Origin: Candidatus Poseidoniaceae archaeon
Lineage (GTDB): Archaea; Thermoplasmatota; Poseidoniia; Poseidoniales; Poseidoniaceae
Direction of reading: 5' to 3'
NCBI GenBank assembly: GCA_024958795.1
Contig: JANXHP010000009.1
Span: 34,776-98,775, forward strand
Length of the DNA: 64,000 bases
Part shown: positions 60,294 to 64,000 of the stretch, piece after piece
Position numbering within the stretch: position 1 is the stretch's first letter
Layout: every line of letters starts with the position of its first letter
Program-made: the position numbers and the translations under genes
Notes under the pieces: model-generated
Databases searched by the model: none
What the model was told of the DNA's origin: nothing
Seen by the model: the letters and a program-made list of their open reading frames with translations, nothing else

Positions 60294-60974
60294 ATGGATG
60301 AGGATGTCCAGGCGACTGCCGCGAGGTTAGTTCGTCGTCTAAAGGAAGGAAATCACACTATTACTGTGGCTGAATCTTGCACAGGAGGATTGCTTGCAAG
60401 TGCATTTACTGATATTGCTGGTGCAAGTCAATGGTTTAGACAATCTTGGGTCACATATTCTAATGAGGCAAAGATGAAGGAACTTGGGGTGACTGAAGGA
60501 GCTTTGAAGAAAAGAGGGGCGGTTTCAGCAGAAGTTGCAATACAAATGGCCCAAGGCGCTCGTACCAAAGCAAATGCCAGTATTGCATTGTCAATCACTG
60601 GAATTGCTGGACCAAATAGTGATGGAAGTAAGAAAAAAATCGGTACTGTTTATGTTGGAATTGCATCCGAAAATTGGGCCAATTCAGATATTACAGAAAT
60701 CGGTGGTAATCGTGCAGAAAATAAGATCGGTTTTGTTCATTTCGCATTGTTAACCGCTATCAAGTATTGGGATAAGGCAATGGCTGATGCAGAAGTTGCA
60801 AGAAAAGAAGAAGAGTCAAGAGTCGCTGCTGAAAAGAGTGCCAAGGAATTATTCGAAGAAGAAAGAGCAAGGCGTGAAGCAGAAGCAAGAGAAAGTGCTC
60901 CTTGGCAAGAAGATGAAAATTCACCACATTCAAAGGAAAGTATTAGCAGTGAAGTCAATTGGGATAAGGAATAG
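60294..60974 (+). CDS. CinA C-terminal-domain protein (PncC-like NMN deamidase) with a Glu/Lys-rich C-terminal extension
   Basis: TVAESCTGGLLASAFTDIAGAS is the CinA-C signature. Confidence 0.65.
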   Translation: MDEDVQATAARLVRRLKEGNHTITVAESCTGGLLASAFTDIAGASQWFRQSWVTYSNEAKMKELGVTEGALKKRGAVSAEVAIQMAQGARTKANASIALSITGIAGPNSDGSKKKIGTVYVGIASENWANSDITEIGGNRAENKIGFVHFALLTAIKYWDKAMADAEVARKEEESRVAAEKSAKELFEEERARREAEARESAPWQEDENSPHSKESISSEVNWDKE

Positions 60975-61049
60975 AATTGTACTTCTATCAATGAAATTGT
61001 AGTTTCTTTGTCGCACTGCTTATGTGCATCCGCTGACACCTACGTCATT

Positions 61050-62687
61050 ATGGGTGGCGATGCAGTAGATATCTGGCAGCATTTGGCCAGCCGTAAAATA
61101 ATGTTATTTCAATCAATGAAACAGGCTGTTCAAGAACTTGAAGACCCGTATGCAGTGTTTTCACATGCTCAAGAAATAGGTTTTGAATCGGGTCTGTTGA
61201 CTCAAGAAGTTTTGGACAAAATGGTCGCAGCCTACAATACTGCACAGAATAAGCAAGTTGTAAAACAAGAAGATGAGCCAAAATCTACTCAGACTAGTAA
61301 AATGGAAACTAGTATCAACACTTCTGCAGATGAATTAGGTAGAACAATCGCACCTATTAATCAACATGAGCCCTTTGATGTCCGTTTCCGTAATAATTTA
61401 CCAGATTGGAGTGTTGATGACTTTAGTGAAAATGCAAGTGATGCTCCTAATGAAATCAAAGTTCATTATGATATTACTGGTAACTCGGTCACTGAAGGAA
61501 AGATGTCCGATATCAATTCATGTTTTTCTGACCGATTAGAAAAAATTAGAAAAATGATTATTGCAAATTCTAATCTACCAAAACCACCTCAAGAAATAGC
61601 AAGGCTAAATTCAGAATATTCTCGTTACCAAGGATACGAAAACACAGTGGTTGCTATTGGTTTAGTTAATGAACCACGCTATACAAAAAATGGTCACCTA
61701 ATGTGGGGTATTGAAGATGAAACTGGTGAAATGACATGTCTCCTAACCAAACGTCAAGGCGATGACAGAGATAGGGCACAGGAAATGATACTCGAATCTG
61801 GTTTAATGCCTGATGATGTATTAGGCGTTTCTGGATCATTTAGCCAAACAGGAGATGTGTTTTATGTCTCAGATTTGTTCTTCCCACTAAAACAAAAACA
61901 CCAAAAATCCAGTTCAGAACATGGAGTTAGTGTTGCATTCCTCTCCGACATTCATGTTGGCTCAAAGACATTCTTAGAAGTTCAATGGCACAAGATGGTC
62001 AGATGGTTCAACACTGATCCGCTTGCTAAGACAATCAAATATCTCATCTTATCAGGTGACTGCGTTGATGGTGTAGGAATATATCCAGGACAAGATAAGG
62101 AATTGGCAATACCAGATTTATATGGGCAATATACAGAATTCGCTAGACTCCTTGAATTGTTACCAGAGTGGGTTGAATGCGTAATGCTCCCAGGAAATCA
62201 TGATGCAGTTCGTCCAGCAGAACCGCAACCAACTTTTGAGAAGGATATTCAACAAGATTATAATTCCACCACATTTGTTGGAAATCCTTGTGATTTTTCC
62301 TTGAATGGTGTTCGGGTGTTATCATATCACGGCAAATCAATTGATGATTTTGTTGCAGGTTTGCGAACTGTTACTTATTCCGATCCTGTTGAAGCTATGC
62401 GACAGATGTTGAGAAGAAGACACCTTGCACCACAGTGGGGGGGAAAGACTCCACTTTCCCCAGAACCAGAAGATGGACTAGTCATCAATGAAGTGCCTGA
62501 TATTTTTGTCACTGGTCACGTTCATGGACATGCGTGTGTTGATTTCAAGGGCACTACTTTGATTTGTTCAAGCACATGGCAAGACCAAACTTCCTACCAA
62601 AGAATGCTTGGTTTCCAACCAAAACCATGTATGCTAACAATTGTAAATTTGAAGAGTCATGTCACTACTGCAATTCCATTTGCATGA
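61050..62687 (+). CDS. DNA polymerase II (PolD) small subunit DP1
   Basis: A calcineurin-like phosphoesterase domain with GDCVDGVGIYPGQ and GNHD motifs and an OB-fold upstream. The ORF track starts at TTG 61008; 61050 is the first in-frame ATG. Confidence 0.8.
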   Translation: MGGDAVDIWQHLASRKIMLFQSMKQAVQELEDPYAVFSHAQEIGFESGLLTQEVLDKMVAAYNTAQNKQVVKQEDEPKSTQTSKMETSINTSADELGRTIAPINQHEPFDVRFRNNLPDWSVDDFSENASDAPNEIKVHYDITGNSVTEGKMSDINSCFSDRLEKIRKMIIANSNLPKPPQEIARLNSEYSRYQGYENTVVAIGLVNEPRYTKNGHLMWGIEDETGEMTCLLTKRQGDDRDRAQEMILESGLMPDDVLGVSGSFSQTGDVFYVSDLFFPLKQKHQKSSSEHGVSVAFLSDIHVGSKTFLEVQWHKMVRWFNTDPLAKTIKYLILSGDCVDGVGIYPGQDKELAIPDLYGQYTEFARLLELLPEWVECVMLPGNHDAVRPAEPQPTFEKDIQQDYNSTTFVGNPCDFSLNGVRVLSYHGKSIDDFVAGLRTVTYSDPVEAMRQMLRRRHLAPQWGGKTPLSPEPEDGLVINEVPDIFVTGHVHGHACVDFKGTTLICSSTWQDQTSYQRMLGFQPKPCMLTIVNLKSHVTTAIPFA

Positions 62688-62698
62688 GTAAATTACAT

Positions 62699-63391
62699 CT
62701 ATTCAAGGCCTAAAAGAGGCCTAAGTAAACTCAAGTCCTTTTCAATCACGATTTCAACACCTGCCTTTTCAAATGCCAATAGTGAAGAATCTCTTGAGGG
62801 ATTAAAACCAATGAATTTGCTACCTTTAATATGCATACTCAGATCCATTTCAGAATCTCCTACTGAAACTACATCTGTTAAAGCAATGCCATTTATTTCA
62901 CATAACTTTTTGATTATTTCACCCTTACCACCTGCATGTAATCGGCAAATTCCTTCATCTTTCAGGGAATCATCATCTGCAAATTCAAACCCATTGGCAA
63001 TCCAGTCATCAACCTTTAGCATCGATGCAATAGTTGAAACAAAAATATCTACACCTGCAGAAACTATTGCTACAAACACTCCATGCTGCTTCAATTCAGA
63101 AATAAGTTGTCTAGCACCTGGCATCAACTTTACACCAGAATAAGCTCTAAACAGGTCATCCTTGAATATCGGGTTTTGTTTATTCTTCCACAATTGTATA
63201 TCTGAACGCATAAACTCAACATCACTTAATTCACCATTGATGAAATGTTGTAAATTTTTGACATTATCAGTTCCGAAATGATCGTGAAGAGTTCTCCATG
63301 AAGAGACTGCATCAACCAAGACTCCATCACAATCAAAAACAACACAGGCTGGTAATTTCGTCTTAACTGAATTGTTAGAACTCGTCACCAT
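62699..63391 (-). CDS. HAD-superfamily hydrolase (phosphoserine-phosphatase-like, subfamily IB)
   Basis: Motif I VVFDCDGVLVD and motif IV GDSEMD. Confidence 0.6.
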   Translation of the reverse strand: MVTSSNNSVKTKLPACVVFDCDGVLVDAVSSWRTLHDHFGTDNVKNLQHFINGELSDVEFMRSDIQLWKNKQNPIFKDDLFRAYSGVKLMPGARQLISELKQHGVFVAIVSAGVDIFVSTIASMLKVDDWIANGFEFADDDSLKDEGICRLHAGGKGEIIKKLCEINGIALTDVVSVGDSEMDLSMHIKGSKFIGFNPSRDSSLLAFEKAGVEIVIEKDLSLLRPLLGLE

Positions 63392-63439
63392 ATGGCTCCC
63401 AATACCTCACAGGATGACTCTTGTTTGAAAGGCTTCGCA

Positions 63440-63627
63440 ACGATTAGATAACAACTCAGGTTACTGAAAGAAAAAAGGGGAAGCGAAAAACTGGGGGGGT
63501 TCAAAGAACCCCACCCAGCGTTCGCATCGTCTCAACCGTCTCCGCAGAGTACGGTTTTCTCGAAAAGCAAGAGGGCGAAGGGCCGCAGCCCTTCAACCCT
63601 AATGCGTCCTTTTGCACTTACCTAAGT
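63440..63627 (-). other. GC-rich structured intergenic region (three hairpins plus T-tracts): a compound terminator or a small ncRNA
   Basis: GCGAAaaaCTGGGGGGG-ttcaaagaa-CCCCaCCCAGCGTTCGC, ACCGT-ctccgcagagt-ACGGT and GAAGGGC-cgca-GCCCTTC are followed by oligo-T on the minus strand. Confidence 0.3.
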
Positions 63628-63981
63628 TCAAGCCTTGAGGTCGTATGCCAATCCGCTCCAGGAGCGAAGTAGAGCACCTTGTGCATTTGCCGGAGCATAT
63701 GACATGGTGATCGTGACATCGGTCAAAGGTGTACCATCAGGTGCGTGGGTGCGTACATAGACTTCATCACCAGTGTTGAAGGTAGAAACGGATTTTGTTC
63801 CTTCCTTATTCACTTGGTCTACGAATGTGACGAAAGCGTCACTGTTTGCAGGGTTAAACCCGTAAACATCGTTAGTATCAGCCAGATTGGCAGTGAAGGT
63901 CTGAGGAGACCCACTTGCATCCACATAGAACACACGGACTTCAACAGCTTGGGTTGCCAAGTCTGTTTCAGATTGTGTCAC
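63628..63981 (-). CDS. hypothetical beta-rich protein
   Basis: A 117-aa ORF with no recognisable motif. Confidence 0.3.
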   Translation of the reverse strand: MTQSETDLATQAVEVRVFYVDASGSPQTFTANLADTNDVYGFNPANSDAFVTFVDQVNKEGTKSVSTFNTGDEVYVRTHAPDGTPLTDVTITMSYAPANAQGALLRSWSGLAYDLKA

Positions 63982-64000
63982 TGAGATTCTCCAGTGACCT

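Noticed and set aside
63411-63470. Possible C/D-box sRNA (GGATGAC ... CTGA) upstream of the HAD gene
   Set aside because: The C box deviates from RUGAUGA. No convincing C'/D' boxes or guide complementarity could be seen, and the spacing is only approximate.
1-64000. CRISPR arrays, transposases, integrases and prophage or IS signatures
   Set aside because: No regularly spaced direct repeats, and no DDE/tyrosine-recombinase-like ORFs or terminal inverted repeats, were found. The large repeats are confined to coding low-complexity tracts.

Overview
This window is a low-GC archaeal chromosome segment. The archaeal assignment rests on TFB, a membrane-bound LonB, ribosomal protein L40e, Pelota, the RFC small subunit, the PolD small subunit, GatD, an intron-containing tRNA and an A24 preflagellin-type peptidase. 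The gene content and the very large surface proteins resemble planktonic Thermoplasmatota / Marine-Group-II-like euryarchaea, but that is inference only.

About two thirds of the window is ordinary core metabolism and information processing: purA, tfb, lonB, trmI, metK, aspS, panB, rfcS, gatD, an acyl-CoA carboxyltransferase, fhs, pelota, polD-DP1, three tRNAs and an NfeD-flotillin pair.

The other third is five very large minus-strand genes (872 to 3040 aa). All five encode type-I membrane surface proteins with the same build: Sec signal peptide, huge beta-rich ectodomain, one TM helix near the C-terminus, and an acidic or Pro-rich cytoplasmic tail. Three of the five end in a Trp-rich, WW-domain-like motif, and one ends in a C4 zinc ribbon.

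Other notable items:
- a translationally coupled pair of LigB-type extradiol dioxygenase subunits (catalytic plus degenerate), with the second fused to a RidA/YjgF deaminase-like domain;
- a bacterial-type MetK in an archaeal context;
- an elongator tRNA-Met with a 58-nt intron at 37/38;
- an L40e gene missed by the ORF track;
- a 12-bp tandem repeat encoding (GNGT)5 glycosylation sequons;
- a tightly coupled LLM-oxidoreductase / asparaginase-II-family / ALDH operon;
- a GC-rich structured intergenic region.

No CRISPR arrays, transposases or integrases were seen.
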